Of a stretch of DNA of 64,000 nucleotides, positions 50,350 through 60,330 are shown one piece after another. The notes below the pieces were generated by a model that ran no database searches, was not told where the DNA came from, and saw nothing but the letters and a program-made list of their open reading frames with translations. Within the stretch, counting starts at the first letter, position 1. Each line of letters starts with the position of its first letter. The DNA lies in the NCBI GenBank assembly GCA_964513645.1, contig CAZENF010000001.1:71303-135302 (forward strand), given 5' to 3'. The stretch comes from an uncultured Candidatus Saccharibacteria bacterium (GTDB lineage: Bacteria > Patescibacteriota > Minisyncoccia > 2-02-FULL-40-12 > GWA2-44-9). Both the position numbers and the translations under genes were made by a program.

Positions 50350-50886
50350 TCACTTTTCGGAGTTGGAGTCGAAGTGATGAACACCGTCTTTAAGTTCACC
50401 AAAGATGCCCTCTCCTTTGTAGCGCATTTCGCGGGTAAGATATTTTTCAACCAGCCAAAGGCCGGCCAAAATAACATAAACAATGACGGTCGTTGCGATC
50501 GCTTCCTGATATAATCCCAAACCTGCCGCAATCCCGATTGCCGCCACAACCCAAAGACTCGCCGCCGTAGTTGTGCCTTCGATCTTGTTATCCCGACGGA
50601 TTATCGTTCCGGCACCGATAAAACCGATACCGACCACGATATTTGCGATCAGGTGGTAGTCAAATCCGGAAGTACCGTTAACCGAAGGAAGAATATCGAA
50701 CAGTCTCAATGAAATGACAGAAAGCAGTGCCGCCCCAACCGCAACCAGACTGTGAGTTCTCAAACCGGCGACCTTACCGGACCTTTCTCTTTCAAAACCG
50801 ACCATTCCGCCCAAAATAGCCGCAGCTATAAGACGGTAAGTGGTCTCCCAATCAACCGCGGAGAATAAATTACCAAGTAGTGCCAT
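50350..50886 (-). CDS. mgtC: MgtC/SapB-family membrane protein
   Basis: RLIAAAILGGMVGFERERSGKVAGLRTHSLVAVGAALL is the MgtC signature. Confidence 0.8.
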   Translation of the reverse strand: MALLGNLFSAVDWETTYRLIAAAILGGMVGFERERSGKVAGLRTHSLVAVGAALLSVISLRLFDILPSVNGTSGFDYHLIANIVVGIGFIGAGTIIRRDNKIEGTTTAASLWVVAAIGIAAGLGLYQEAIATTVIVYVILAGLWLVEKYLTREMRYKGEGIFGELKDGVHHFDSNSEK

Positions 50887-51006
50887 TAAATTAATCTTAG
50901 AACAGAAAAAACCTTAAAACAAATGATTTATGCACATTGGCCGTGATTTGATTTGAATAAAAAAAACTATATAATTAACTGGCTCATTGATAATTCAGGA
51001 GGCAAA

Positions 51007-51333
51007 GTGAATATCGTGAAAGTGAGGCGTTATCTTTGTATCATCTGTAAAAATACTCCCGTATTTGAAAGGATAACCGAGCATACATGCGAAGGTGAAA
51101 TACCAGACCAGAGTAATTGCGACCTTAGCACTTATAGCGATCATCGGATAGTCGGCGGAAAGCTCCTGTCTAATCGCCCGATCGTACCTTGGGAAATTGT
51201 TTTGCCCAATTTTGGCCACTCTGAAGCAGCAACCTCGCCCGGAGGAATTTGCCATTTCTGCCTTGCCACGGATGAGATCGTCGCTAAACTGGTCAAAGAC
51301 GGACATATCCGCTTTGTGACATTAGAGAACTAA
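51007..51333 (+). CDS. hypothetical Cys-rich protein (CxxC...CxxC)
   Basis: GGAGG RBS, then a GTG at 51007. CIIC and CHFC pairs. Strong terminator aagccc-ttac-gggcttttttg at 51331-51351. Confidence 0.4.
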   Translation: MNIVKVRRYLCIICKNTPVFERITEHTCEGEIPDQSNCDLSTYSDHRIVGGKLLSNRPIVPWEIVLPNFGHSEAATSPGGICHFCLATDEIVAKLVKDGHIRFVTLEN

Positions 51334-51379
51334 GCCCTTACGGGCTTTTTTGTTATGAGTTTGCAGAAAATATCACGCC

Positions 51380-53713
51380 CTATTTTAAAGCCACCTTGAG
51401 AACTTCTTCCATCGTCTTGGCAAAATAAAACTTAACATCTTTTTGGATCTCTTTGGGGATGTCGTCCATGTCTTTTTTGTTATCAAGCGGTAAAATAGCA
51501 ATTGTCAGGCCGGAACGGTGGGCGGCAAGAATTTTTTCCTTAACTCCCCCTATTTCAAGAACCTTACCACGGAGTGTTACCTCCCCGGTCATGCACACTT
51601 CTTTTTTGACGGGCTTTTTAAGAAAGAGAGAGACTAAGGCCGTGGTCATGGCGATTCCGGCCGAAGGACCATCCTTAGGAATGGCTCCGGAGGGAACGTG
51701 GACATGGATATCGTCCTTTGTGAAATCTTCTTTTACGCCGTAACCAGAAGCATATGCTCTGGCGAAACTCAAAGCTGCCTGGGCCGATTCTTTCATTACT
51801 TTGCCCAGTTGGCCGGTCAATATCAGTTTGCCCTTACCCGGCATTTTTGCAGCTTCAATTGAAAAAACTTCACCTCCAACCGGAGTCCAACCCAAACCGG
51901 TAACAACTCCAACCTCATCTTTTTTCTCGGCCAGTTGGTGAGAAAATTTCGACGGACCGAGATATTTGTGAATTATTTCTTTGGTTATCGAAACCTGTTT
52001 ATGCGATCTTGATTCTACGATTTTTCTCGTAACTTTTCTGATTATCGACGCCAGTTGGCGCTCAAGGTCTCTGACCCCGGCTTCACGGGTGTGTTTCTGG
52101 ATAATGTCTGACAGAGCGGAGTCCACAAAAATAAGATCTTTTTTGCCAAGACCATGGTCCTTGAAAAGTTTGGGTATTAGGAAATTTTTAGCAATATTGA
52201 ATTTTTCTACCTCGGTATAACCCGGGAAATAGATTATTTCTAAACGGTCACGCAAGGCGGGCGGAATGGTTTCAAGGGTGTTTGCGGTCGTAATAAACAT
52301 TACTTCCGAAAGGTCAAAAGGTACCTCAAGGTAGTGGTCGGAAAAAGAATTGTTCTGCTGGGGATCGAGCGCTTCCAGCAAAGCCGCCGAAGGGTCCCCA
52401 CGGAAATCCATGCCAAGTTTATCTATTTCATCCAGCATAAAGACAGGATTTTTGACACCTGCAGTATGAATACCTTGGATTATCCGGCCGGGTAAAGCTC
52501 CGACATATGTCCGACGGTGGCCCCGTATCTCGGCTTCATCGCGCAGACCGCCGAGTGATACCCGGACAAATTTGCGCGCCAGAGATTTTGCAATCGACTG
52601 GCCGATGGAAGTTTTTCCGGTTCCGGGCGGACCGACAAAACATAGTATCGGGCCCTTTAACTTGCCGACCTGTTTCTGAACGGCCAAATATTCGAGAATC
52701 CGTTCTTTAACCTTAGGCAAACCGTAGTGGTCCTGGTTCAGAATTTTTTCGGCTTCTTTCAGGTCTATCTTTTCTTTTGTTTTCTTTGACCATGGAATAT
52801 CAACCAGCCAATCGAGGTAAGTCCTTAGGTAGGAGGCCTCAGGATTGAAAGGCGGCATTTTGCCGAGGCGATTAAGTTCTTTGTATGCTTTTTCTTTGAC
52901 ATCTTTGGGCATGCCGGCGGCTTCGATCTTGGTCCGCAAAGCATTCATGTCATCTTTCTCGTCATCTACCCCCAACTCTTTCTCGATGCTTTTTAGTTGT
53001 TCTCGGAGGAAAAGTTCCTTCTGCATCTTGCCTATTTGTTTCTTGGTTTCTTTGGCGACGGTTTTCTCCGCTTCAAGTATCTCTATTTCCCGGGTCAAAA
53101 ATAAACTTAATTTTTTCAAAGCTTCGTAAGGGTCCTCGGTCTCGAGAATGCTTTGCTGGTCCTGAAGTTCGAGACTCAAGTTAACCGTGATCAAGCTTAT
53201 AACCTGTTCGACATCCCTCAACTGGGACATCATATAGATCACCTCTGGCGAAACGGCGGGAAAAGATTTCATTTCTGATATGTTCCGGAACTGGTCGATA
53301 ACCAGACGGGTAAGAGCTTTGCTCTCCAAATTCTCGAAATGGACTTCCGGCGGAACTGATGGCCGGACCCGGACATTAAAATAAGGATCTTCGCTTGTAA
53401 ATTCCGAGATTTTGCCGCGAACCAAACCTTCAACATCTATTTTTGATGAGCCGTCGGGAAGTTTAAAAACAGATACGACACGGCCGATAGTTCCCGCTTT
53501 AAATAGGTCTTCCACCCTGACATTATCTTCGATATTTTTTTGAGTAACAAAAAAAACGAGCCGGTCACGGTTCATTGCGCTGTCGAGAGCCCCGATGGAT
53601 TTGGGCCGCTGGACAATCAGAGGAATTACCACCTTTGGGAATAAGACCGTATTTTTTAAAGCGATAAGAGGTAACTCTTCCGGTATTAGAATATTATTGA
53701 GTTTGAAAGACAT
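51380..53713 (-). CDS. lon: ATP-dependent Lon protease
   Basis: AAA+ Walker A (GPPGTGKTSIGQSIAKSL) and protease-domain Ser motif (PKDGPSAGIAMTTALVS). 777 aa. Confidence 0.9.
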   Translation of the reverse strand: MSFKLNNILIPEELPLIALKNTVLFPKVVIPLIVQRPKSIGALDSAMNRDRLVFFVTQKNIEDNVRVEDLFKAGTIGRVVSVFKLPDGSSKIDVEGLVRGKISEFTSEDPYFNVRVRPSVPPEVHFENLESKALTRLVIDQFRNISEMKSFPAVSPEVIYMMSQLRDVEQVISLITVNLSLELQDQQSILETEDPYEALKKLSLFLTREIEILEAEKTVAKETKKQIGKMQKELFLREQLKSIEKELGVDDEKDDMNALRTKIEAAGMPKDVKEKAYKELNRLGKMPPFNPEASYLRTYLDWLVDIPWSKKTKEKIDLKEAEKILNQDHYGLPKVKERILEYLAVQKQVGKLKGPILCFVGPPGTGKTSIGQSIAKSLARKFVRVSLGGLRDEAEIRGHRRTYVGALPGRIIQGIHTAGVKNPVFMLDEIDKLGMDFRGDPSAALLEALDPQQNNSFSDHYLEVPFDLSEVMFITTANTLETIPPALRDRLEIIYFPGYTEVEKFNIAKNFLIPKLFKDHGLGKKDLIFVDSALSDIIQKHTREAGVRDLERQLASIIRKVTRKIVESRSHKQVSITKEIIHKYLGPSKFSHQLAEKKDEVGVVTGLGWTPVGGEVFSIEAAKMPGKGKLILTGQLGKVMKESAQAALSFARAYASGYGVKEDFTKDDIHVHVPSGAIPKDGPSAGIAMTTALVSLFLKKPVKKEVCMTGEVTLRGKVLEIGGVKEKILAAHRSGLTIAILPLDNKKDMDDIPKEIQKDVKFYFAKTMEEVLKVALK

Positions 53714-53718
53714 TATGT

Positions 53719-54303
53719 TTAATCGCCGACGTGATCCTCAACCTTAACATCTTTCCTATCTTTGTCAATAATAGCGGTCAGCTGTTTTACCAGATCTTTA
53801 GGGTCATCTGAAAAAATAAGGTTACCTTTGCCGTGATGATGGGGATCTTTTATCTTAGCCAACAAGCTATATATCTGGTCAGCCGTACCGCAGGTTCCGG
53901 TTAAAACTCCGATCGGCTTATCATCTTCAAGGGCAATAGTAAACTCATTCAATGTACCAAATCCGCCGCACACAACCACAACCGCATCCGCCGCCTTAGT
54001 CAGGATGAGGTTACGGCCGGAATAATCAAAGCCAGAATAAATTATAAAATCGAAATAATCCGTCGGCAGACGATAACTCTTAACATGGGCAGCATAGGTT
54101 GCTGCCGGCGAGATACCTATCGACATTCCGCCTTCTTCTTTAGCGCCTTTGGCTGACAAATGTGGGATGCCGGTTGTTGCGCCGGTGATCAAAATCCCAT
54201 CTTGTCGGACAATCTCACGTCCAAGCTCTTCGGCCTTTTTTTCAGCATCGGCACAGCAATAAGTCGTATTCGCCGCACCAGAAACAACAAATTTGTATTT
54301 CAT
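53719..54303 (-). CDS. LOG-family / TIGR00725 Rossmann-fold protein
   Basis: GGFGTLNEFTIALE and ITGATTGIP motifs typical of the LOG/DprA-like Rossmann family. Confidence 0.6.
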   Translation of the reverse strand: MKYKFVVSGAANTTYCCADAEKKAEELGREIVRQDGILITGATTGIPHLSAKGAKEEGGMSIGISPAATYAAHVKSYRLPTDYFDFIIYSGFDYSGRNLILTKAADAVVVVCGGFGTLNEFTIALEDDKPIGVLTGTCGTADQIYSLLAKIKDPHHHGKGNLIFSDDPKDLVKQLTAIIDKDRKDVKVEDHVGD

Positions 54304-54365
54304 AGTAATTCTATTTTACAAAAAAAAATTTAAGCAAGCAAGGAGTAAATAAAAAGCGGGCGATA

Positions 54366-54842
54366 TTATCGCGCCGCAAGTATGGATCTAATCTGCTTAA
54401 GTTCACCCGTTTTTCGAAAATCAAGCGGATCCAACGCTGCCATCATACCGGGATCATGTTTGGCTAGGACCGGATTTTGGTGATATCTCAAAGCCCATAT
54501 GCCTTTCTGATTTTCTTTGAACTTAGGCGCTTTATACCAGTCATGATCGACGCTGGCCGGAAAATATACGTTCAAAATGGCTTTTTCATACACATTAACC
54601 GACAAGCCGCTAAGAACTTTATCAACTTCCACCCTGGCAACATACCAGTCCGGATTGTGTTCGGATACAGCGGAATGAAAGATGTTTGGTTTGAAAACTT
54701 CAATAACTTTGCCGACTACAACTGCATCAGCTTCAAGAAGACGTTTTTCGGATCTCGAATGTTCGGTTTGAGCAAAAATATTTAAAGATAGGACACTCAT
54801 CAAGCTAAGTGTAACCGCCAATCTCATTAGCTGTCCTTTCAA
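54366..54842 (-). CDS. hypothetical secreted protein
   Basis: Signal peptide (MRLAVTLSLMSVLSLNIFAQ). 158 aa. A terminator hairpin lies downstream at about 54330-54362. Confidence 0.35.
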   Translation of the reverse strand: MKGQLMRLAVTLSLMSVLSLNIFAQTEHSRSEKRLLEADAVVVGKVIEVFKPNIFHSAVSEHNPDWYVARVEVDKVLSGLSVNVYEKAILNVYFPASVDHDWYKAPKFKENQKGIWALRYHQNPVLAKHDPGMMAALDPLDFRKTGELKQIRSILAAR

Positions 54843-54902
54843 GGTTCAAAGTACCCGAATCCTAAACTAATATTGTAATCCAGTCAAACAGTCTGGCAGC
54901 CG

Positions 54903-56270
54903 CTATAACTCAAACCCTTCCCCCATTTCCGGCACTATTGCTTCAACCCCTATCTTGCTTTGTATCTTTTGGCGCAGTACAGAACTTGAGTGATATTCGC
55001 CGTGAGTAATGAAAACTTTTTTAAGCGTACCGTCTTGTTTTGCCTTATCTATCCAACCGAGCATCATTGCCTGATCGGCGTGAGCTGAATAACCCTCAAT
55101 CACCCTGACCTGGCAATTCACCGGCACTGAATGACCGAGTATCTTAACTTCTTTCTTACCATCGAGTATCTGTCTGCCGGGCGAACCTTCCACTTGATAA
55201 CCGACAAATAAAATCGTCGATTTCGGGTCGGGGAGATATTCCCTTTCATGGAACAAAATCCTTCCCCCTAATGACATGCCGGAACCGGCGATTATAACCT
55301 TGGGACCCTTAACACCGTTTATCATCTTGGATTCCTGGGATGAAAAAGTAAGCTGAAGGCCTGGAAAATTAAATATATCATCCCCGGACCGAATATCATG
55401 AAGGATCTGATTATTAAAATACTGTTCGTAATTTTTATAGACCTTGGTAAGTTTTATCGCTAACGGCGAATCCAGAAATATCGGAATCCTTGGAAAATGT
55501 TCATGTTCTATGAACTCGTTCAACTGATAAAGAAGTTCCTGGGTCCGCTCTATGGCGAAGCTCGGAATCACAACCGTCCCTCCCCGTCGCACGGTTTCGC
55601 TGACAATTTCCTTTAATTTTTCTTTCTTATCGGTATTGTCGTCATGAAGTCGGTCACCGTAAGTTGATTCGGCAACAAGGTAATTGGCCTGATTCGGCAT
55701 ATCAAAGTGTTTTAAAAGTGGGGTCGGATAATTGCCGAGGTCTCCCGAAAAATATATTGTCTTGGTTTGTCCTTCATCCGACCAATTAATTTCTATCACC
55801 GCCGAGCCCAAGATATGCCCGGCTTCATGGAAGGTTGCCCTTACCCCATTGCCAAGCTCTATTTCCTGTCCATACTCAATTCCTCGGCCAAGTAAAAAAA
55901 CCTGATGAAGGTCGCCGGAAGTAAATAAAGGTTCGTGGCCGTCTCTATGTGCTTCCTCTTTTATAAGGTCAAGATTGTCTTCCAAAGCAATAACAGAAAG
56001 GTCGATGGTCGGTTTAGTGGCTAACAATTTACCCCGGAAACCATGTTTATATAATTTGGGTAACCGGCCGGAATGATCGGCATGGCTATGAGTCAAAAGA
56101 ACATAATCTATCTCTTTGGGGTCATAGGCGAAATCGCTGTAATTAAGGGTTTCGGCAAATTTCGAACCCTGAAACAGGCCACAATCAACCAAGATCTTTA
56201 ATCCGTTCTTTTCGAGAATAAAATTTGAACCGGTCACCTGTTGGACACCGCCATGGAAAGATATTTTCAT
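54903..56270 (-). CDS. MBL-fold beta-CASP family hydrolase, probably a ribonuclease
   Basis: HSHADHSG motif II and a beta-CASP insertion. 455 aa, the size of the RNase J/CPSF73-like minimal form. Confidence 0.65.
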   Translation of the reverse strand: MKISFHGGVQQVTGSNFILEKNGLKILVDCGLFQGSKFAETLNYSDFAYDPKEIDYVLLTHSHADHSGRLPKLYKHGFRGKLLATKPTIDLSVIALEDNLDLIKEEAHRDGHEPLFTSGDLHQVFLLGRGIEYGQEIELGNGVRATFHEAGHILGSAVIEINWSDEGQTKTIYFSGDLGNYPTPLLKHFDMPNQANYLVAESTYGDRLHDDNTDKKEKLKEIVSETVRRGGTVVIPSFAIERTQELLYQLNEFIEHEHFPRIPIFLDSPLAIKLTKVYKNYEQYFNNQILHDIRSGDDIFNFPGLQLTFSSQESKMINGVKGPKVIIAGSGMSLGGRILFHEREYLPDPKSTILFVGYQVEGSPGRQILDGKKEVKILGHSVPVNCQVRVIEGYSAHADQAMMLGWIDKAKQDGTLKKVFITHGEYHSSSVLRQKIQSKIGVEAIVPEMGEGFEL

Positions 56271-56275
56271 ATTAT

Positions 56276-57106
56276 TTAAACTAATTGGCTGAGCAAATAT
56301 CCAATTATCGTCAGGGTTGCGATCGGAGGAAGCGCCGCCATCGGCTTTCTTTCCTTCTGGTTAATGAATATCAGGTGAGTAACAAAAAGACCCAGTAAAA
56401 CAAAGACCGATACGAACATGGCTCGGCTGATGGAGGTCATAGCGACGGAACTTACCATTATCAATGGCAGACCGATATCGCCCGAGCCGAGGATCATAAA
56501 TTTTTCGCCGACCATCTGTTGAGCTTCGCCGCTATGATAGAAAAAATCCTTGAACTCAAAAGGAATTATAAATCCGAATATCGCTCCGCTTTCAACCATA
56601 CCTTTGGCCAGATAGACCATATGTTTGGTCCAGTAAACAGAGATAATATCGTAAAAAGAAAGTATCACCAGCAGAAAAATAACCATTTGGGGTGAGAGGG
56701 TCACCCCGACCACACTGCCGATACCTGCGATACCTAAAGCCACGGCCAGGTCGTGTATCATCACATTTTTACCGTAAATAAAAATAAATACCGTGGCCAA
56801 AGCAAATACAAGGTCAAACGGAGACGGGAAAACAGAGGCAAAAATGGCCTGTGAACCGGAAAAGACCACGAGCAGCAAAAAAAACCTCAAAGACACCGCG
56901 CCCAATCTTTTAAATTTTAAAAGGATAAGAGATAATAGGGCGAACATCGCCAAAAAAACTATTATACTGCTCCAGGAGAAAATTTGCTTAGGTTCGGTAA
57001 CGCTCTGCGGCATGAAGCGGTAATGGTATGCCGAAAAAATACCCATTAACAGGGTCAGGCCAAAAAGAACAGATTCTTTCCAAAATAATTTAAAACGGAT
57101 TAACAA
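56276..57106 (-). CDS. presenilin/signal-peptide-peptidase-like intramembrane aspartyl protease homologue
   Basis: Polytopic. YD motif (SFYDIISV) and GxGD motif (LGSGDIGLPL) in consecutive TM helices. Confidence 0.4.
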   Translation of the reverse strand: MLIRFKLFWKESVLFGLTLLMGIFSAYHYRFMPQSVTEPKQIFSWSSIIVFLAMFALLSLILLKFKRLGAVSLRFFLLLVVFSGSQAIFASVFPSPFDLVFALATVFIFIYGKNVMIHDLAVALGIAGIGSVVGVTLSPQMVIFLLVILSFYDIISVYWTKHMVYLAKGMVESGAIFGFIIPFEFKDFFYHSGEAQQMVGEKFMILGSGDIGLPLIMVSSVAMTSISRAMFVSVFVLLGLFVTHLIFINQKERKPMAALPPIATLTIIGYLLSQLV

Positions 57107-57111
57107 TTTAA

Positions 57112-57570
57112 TTATCTTACGATGATCGTGCCTGCCTCGTCGGAATTGGAACTGTTATGATAACCGAAGGTTCCTTTTTCGGAAAAAGTATATGAAAAAT
57201 AACTGCCCTGTGGAATGTTGCCAACGCTGTCGAACATCGGAACCTGGCTACCGGTCTGAGAATCAGAAACGATCCTGATACCGAAGAAACCGTCATTTTT
57301 GAACCTGACCGTATCGCCGTCATGGATCCTTAAGTTCGTAGGACTAAAAACGCCACCTTTATAGGAAATAGTATAGACTCTCGGCTCTCTAACATCTGTC
57401 GGTAACGGGGTCTGGATATTCGAGGTCAAATCCTGTGGTTTGCTCAAGACTTTCACCGAAAGCCCTCCGAGGGACATCAGGACTATTATCAGCAGCCAAA
57501 AGACCGCCGGATTATGATGACGATTAGGGTGATTGTTGTCAGTCCTTAGCTCCATATTATATAGAGCCAT
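57112..57570 (-). CDS. hypothetical membrane-anchored protein, possible cupredoxin-like fold
   Basis: TM anchor. A GDTVRFKND segment resembles a cupredoxin strand, but no Cu ligands are evident. Confidence 0.3.
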   Translation of the reverse strand: MALYNMELRTDNNHPNRHHNPAVFWLLIIVLMSLGGLSVKVLSKPQDLTSNIQTPLPTDVREPRVYTISYKGGVFSPTNLRIHDGDTVRFKNDGFFGIRIVSDSQTGSQVPMFDSVGNIPQGSYFSYTFSEKGTFGYHNSSNSDEAGTIIVR

Positions 57571-57611
57571 TTTATCAAAAATTTTATAAAAAGAAAAATC
57601 CTCTTAATAAG

Positions 57612-58334
57612 TTAAGAGGAATAGAAATCATTGGCATTTAAAATAGCCGCCATCTTTGACTTAATACCTTGAACGCTACCGCCTTCGCCAAAAAGTGTTT
57701 TAAAAGCCCAGAGCTGATAGCCGGTGGCTGTATTACCCTCAAAAAAATCCTGAAGATTACCATTATCGAACAGTTCTTCCTGATCAAGCAGTTTTGATCC
57801 GAAGACCATAAAAAGCATCATCATTTTAAGAAGGTTCTCTGCGGTTACCAGATCTTCTCCGCCGAAAGTCCTTGACCACAGACTCTCAAGCTGGGCAGTC
57901 CTGACCATTTTTCCAATTTTAGCAAACTTGCTTTTTTGAAAATCATTTTTCTGTTTTTCCTTGCCTCCTTCAAGATCGCAACCCTCTATCCACCATTGAT
58001 GGATATGTTCTTTGTCAGTCTCAAATATCGATGAATGGATCCGATCAAGAATGTTCCAGACTTCGTCTATTCTAAGGTTCCAGAACAAAATGTGATAGGT
58101 ACGGTGGGACCTTTTGATGTAAGGAAAAACGAGGCGGTTATTATTTTCTTTTTCTTCTTTGCTAAACGACTTGGGTAAACGGCTGGTAGGTATTGGGTGA
58201 TGGAGATCGGTACCTGGAAAACGACGACCATACTTTTTACGAAGAATTAACGAATCAAAGCGATCCGTCAAACTTGCCTCTTTTAACGAACGAGCTAACG
58301 GAGGGAAGATAACAAATTGACGAAAAATGGTCAA
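57612..58334 (-). CDS. hypothetical protein with possible HNH-like nuclease motif
   Basis: DLHHPIPTSRL...NNNRLVFPYIKRSHRTYHILF resembles an HH...N...H HNH core. This is weak. A terminator hairpin lies at 57577-57606. Confidence 0.3.
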   Translation of the reverse strand: MTIFRQFVIFPPLARSLKEASLTDRFDSLILRKKYGRRFPGTDLHHPIPTSRLPKSFSKEEKENNNRLVFPYIKRSHRTYHILFWNLRIDEVWNILDRIHSSIFETDKEHIHQWWIEGCDLEGGKEKQKNDFQKSKFAKIGKMVRTAQLESLWSRTFGGEDLVTAENLLKMMMLFMVFGSKLLDQEELFDNGNLQDFFEGNTATGYQLWAFKTLFGEGGSVQGIKSKMAAILNANDFYSS

Positions 58335-58345
58335 TCAAAAATTTT

Positions 58346-59620
58346 TCAATTGGGCAAGAGTTCGCGGACGATTTTTTTGTCCGACCAACGGACTTTTTTG
58401 TTCCCAGCTATGGCCATTGTGGTTTCCGAACCCTTACCGGTAATTATTACGGTGTCGCCTTCAGCCGCTTTACCCAAGGCATTCCTGATTGCCGCTTTCC
58501 GGTTGAGAATCCTGACGACATTAACATTATTATTCGCAAAACCCAAGGCAACTTGGTCCAGAATTTCATCAGGATCCTCATCATAAGGGTCTTCATCAGT
58601 CAGAACAATATCGTCGCAGTATTGAGAAGCAATGCGGCCGAACTCCGGCCTTTTCCACTTATCACGCCCGCCACCGGCCGCCCCCAGAACACATATCAAT
58701 CTTTTGTCCGCCAGTTTTAAGGTCTGATAAACCGCCCTCAAAGAATCGGGAGTATGGGCATAATCAATGACAACATTGAATGGTTCACGTTGGATAAATT
58801 CCATCCGGCCGGGAATAAATTCCATCTGTTCAAGTATTGATTTAGCTGACGGCAGGTCAAATCCGTACATCGCACCGACCGCCAAAGCCGCCAAAAAATT
58901 CATAATATTGAACTGCCCGGCCAAATGAGTGTTAAAATTGGTCCCGTAAATCTCAAAAGACGCTCCTTGCCCAGATAGTTTAATTTTACCGGCAACAATG
59001 TCACCTTTGGTAAGCCCGTAATATATTTTATGATTGGCCGGAAAATCACCGAACAATTCAGCGTATTTATCTTCCGCATTCACCACATGGATATTTTTGG
59101 TCACCTGGAAAAGCTCCTGCTTGGCTCTGTAATAATTCTCAAAAGAACCGTGGCTCTCGATATGTTCCCGGTGAAGATTGGTAAAAACCGCACAGTCGAA
59201 ATCTATGCCTAAGTGCCTTTTTTGTTTGATACCTTCAGAGGTAACTTCCAGAACAAAATATTCGCAGCCCTCCTTGACCGCCTCGGCCATTAATTTTTGG
59301 AGACGGAACCGGCCCGGCATTGTCATTTTTAAATTGTTCGGCCATTCTTTATCTTTTATTTTAAAGCCAAGCGAACCGCAGGCCGCAACCGGCCGGCCAT
59401 GTCCCTCGAGAAGTTTTGTTATCAGATAAACTACCGTTGATTTGCCCTTAGTACCAGTAACTCCGATGACCTTTAATTTTCTGGACGGAAAACCATAAAA
59501 TACCGCGCCTGAATAAGCTAACGCAGTGTGATAATAAGGTTGAAAAAAATTAAAAACTGACTTCGGTATCAGCTTCTTGACTTTAAATAGGAGTTTGTCT
59601 AAAATGCTTTCCTGTATCAT
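58346..59620 (-). CDS. murE: Mur ligase, MurE-like (UDP-MurNAc-L-Ala-D-Glu:diamino acid ligase)
   Basis: GVTGTKGKST P-loop and the MurE-typical VIDYAHTPDSL. It lacks the usual N-terminal domain. Confidence 0.7.
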   Translation of the reverse strand: MIQESILDKLLFKVKKLIPKSVFNFFQPYYHTALAYSGAVFYGFPSRKLKVIGVTGTKGKSTVVYLITKLLEGHGRPVAACGSLGFKIKDKEWPNNLKMTMPGRFRLQKLMAEAVKEGCEYFVLEVTSEGIKQKRHLGIDFDCAVFTNLHREHIESHGSFENYYRAKQELFQVTKNIHVVNAEDKYAELFGDFPANHKIYYGLTKGDIVAGKIKLSGQGASFEIYGTNFNTHLAGQFNIMNFLAALAVGAMYGFDLPSAKSILEQMEFIPGRMEFIQREPFNVVIDYAHTPDSLRAVYQTLKLADKRLICVLGAAGGGRDKWKRPEFGRIASQYCDDIVLTDEDPYDEDPDEILDQVALGFANNNVNVVRILNRKAAIRNALGKAAEGDTVIITGKGSETTMAIAGNKKVRWSDKKIVRELLPN

Positions 59621-59663
59621 GTTTTTCAGGAATATAGCATAAATTTAGACTTTTTCACAGATA

Positions 59664-59692
59664 TTGACAGATATATCTATTTATGATAAAAT
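59664..59692 (+). promoter_or_regulatory. sigma70-like promoter (TTGACA, 17-nt spacer, TAAAAT)
   Basis: Read directly. Transcription would start at about 59700 into a GC-rich non-coding region. Confidence 0.5.
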
Positions 59693-59699
59693 ACTAAGA

Positions 59700-60330
59700 C
59701 GGTAAAGTTCTTTATATGCAATAAGCGTTGTGGGTTCAGAAAGGGCCTACTAAGAAGCAATTAGCTCTTTACATACAGGCCCTTTCCGAGCCCCTAGCAC
59801 GCAAGTAAATTAAGGCGGCGGCGAAGCAGTAGATGCACGCGGCTGCCACCTCCGCTGGGGGCTCGCTCAGTGATGCGGCCAAGGGCCCTTCACCTCTATG
59901 TCGTATGGGATACGTGTTTATCCCCCAAGCTCGTCCGCCGCCCTAAATAGGCGGACAAAGGTAATTTCCCCCGGCAAATGTTCGGGGCCAAAAAGGAGCT
60001 TTTGCATGAGAGGTATAAGCCCCTTGATGGCAGGGAGCCATCGCGGATAGCTGGGATCCGAACACCCCAGACAAGGGAGGGCTCAAGCCCTCCCACCTTC
60101 ATCCATAGTCTCAAAAATTTTGAGGATATAGACGAGGGTTGAGAGATGTGTGCGCATAGACGTAAAGTCGGCGACCGAAAGTACGCCCGAGAACGCTTTG
60201 CCCCTTCTCTCCCCTCACCTTTCCTGATCCCGGCAAGTGACCGGGGTAGGATAATCAAATACATCGGTAAGGCACACAAGGAGCAACGATGCGCTCCTTC
60301 GGTGGAACGCCGGGTTGAACACCCGGCTTT
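59700..60330 (+). ncRNA. candidate large structured non-coding RNA of about 630 nt, GC-rich and flanked by promoter and terminator
   Basis: No credible ORF. Many perfect helices: aaagggcct/aggcccttt (9 bp), gtccgcc/ggcggac, gggagggc/gccctccc (8 bp), cccgg/ccggg. Also ggcggcgg at 59814 pairing with ccgccgcc at 59936. It ends in an intrinsic terminator ccgggt-tgaaca-acccgg plus T5 at 60311-60333. No downstream plus-strand gene. Confidence 0.45.

Noticed and set aside
50337-50549. N-terminal 71 codons of the amino-acid permease ORF
   Set aside because: They overlap the MgtC gene by about 200 nt. The HAAAP-family TM1 homology begins just after the proposed GTG at 50336.
59896-60279. 127-aa minus-strand ORF and 71-aa plus ORF (60146-60361) inside the GC-rich block
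   Set aside because: Low-complexity, Arg/Ser/Leu-rich junk-like translations typical of GC-rich non-coding sequence. No RBS, and they are bounded by the promoter and terminator of the opposite reading. Treated as artefacts of GC-rich RNA.
59700-60330. tmRNA or RNase P RNA assignment for the large GC-rich RNA
   Set aside because: No tRNA-like T-arm (GGUUCGAnUCC), no tag reading frame ending in ...AA-stop, and no ACCA end. RNase P CR-I is absent. The only CR-V-like string (GAACACCCGGCUU) is the terminator itself, and the putative CR-I-like AAAGUCGG lies too close to the 3' end.
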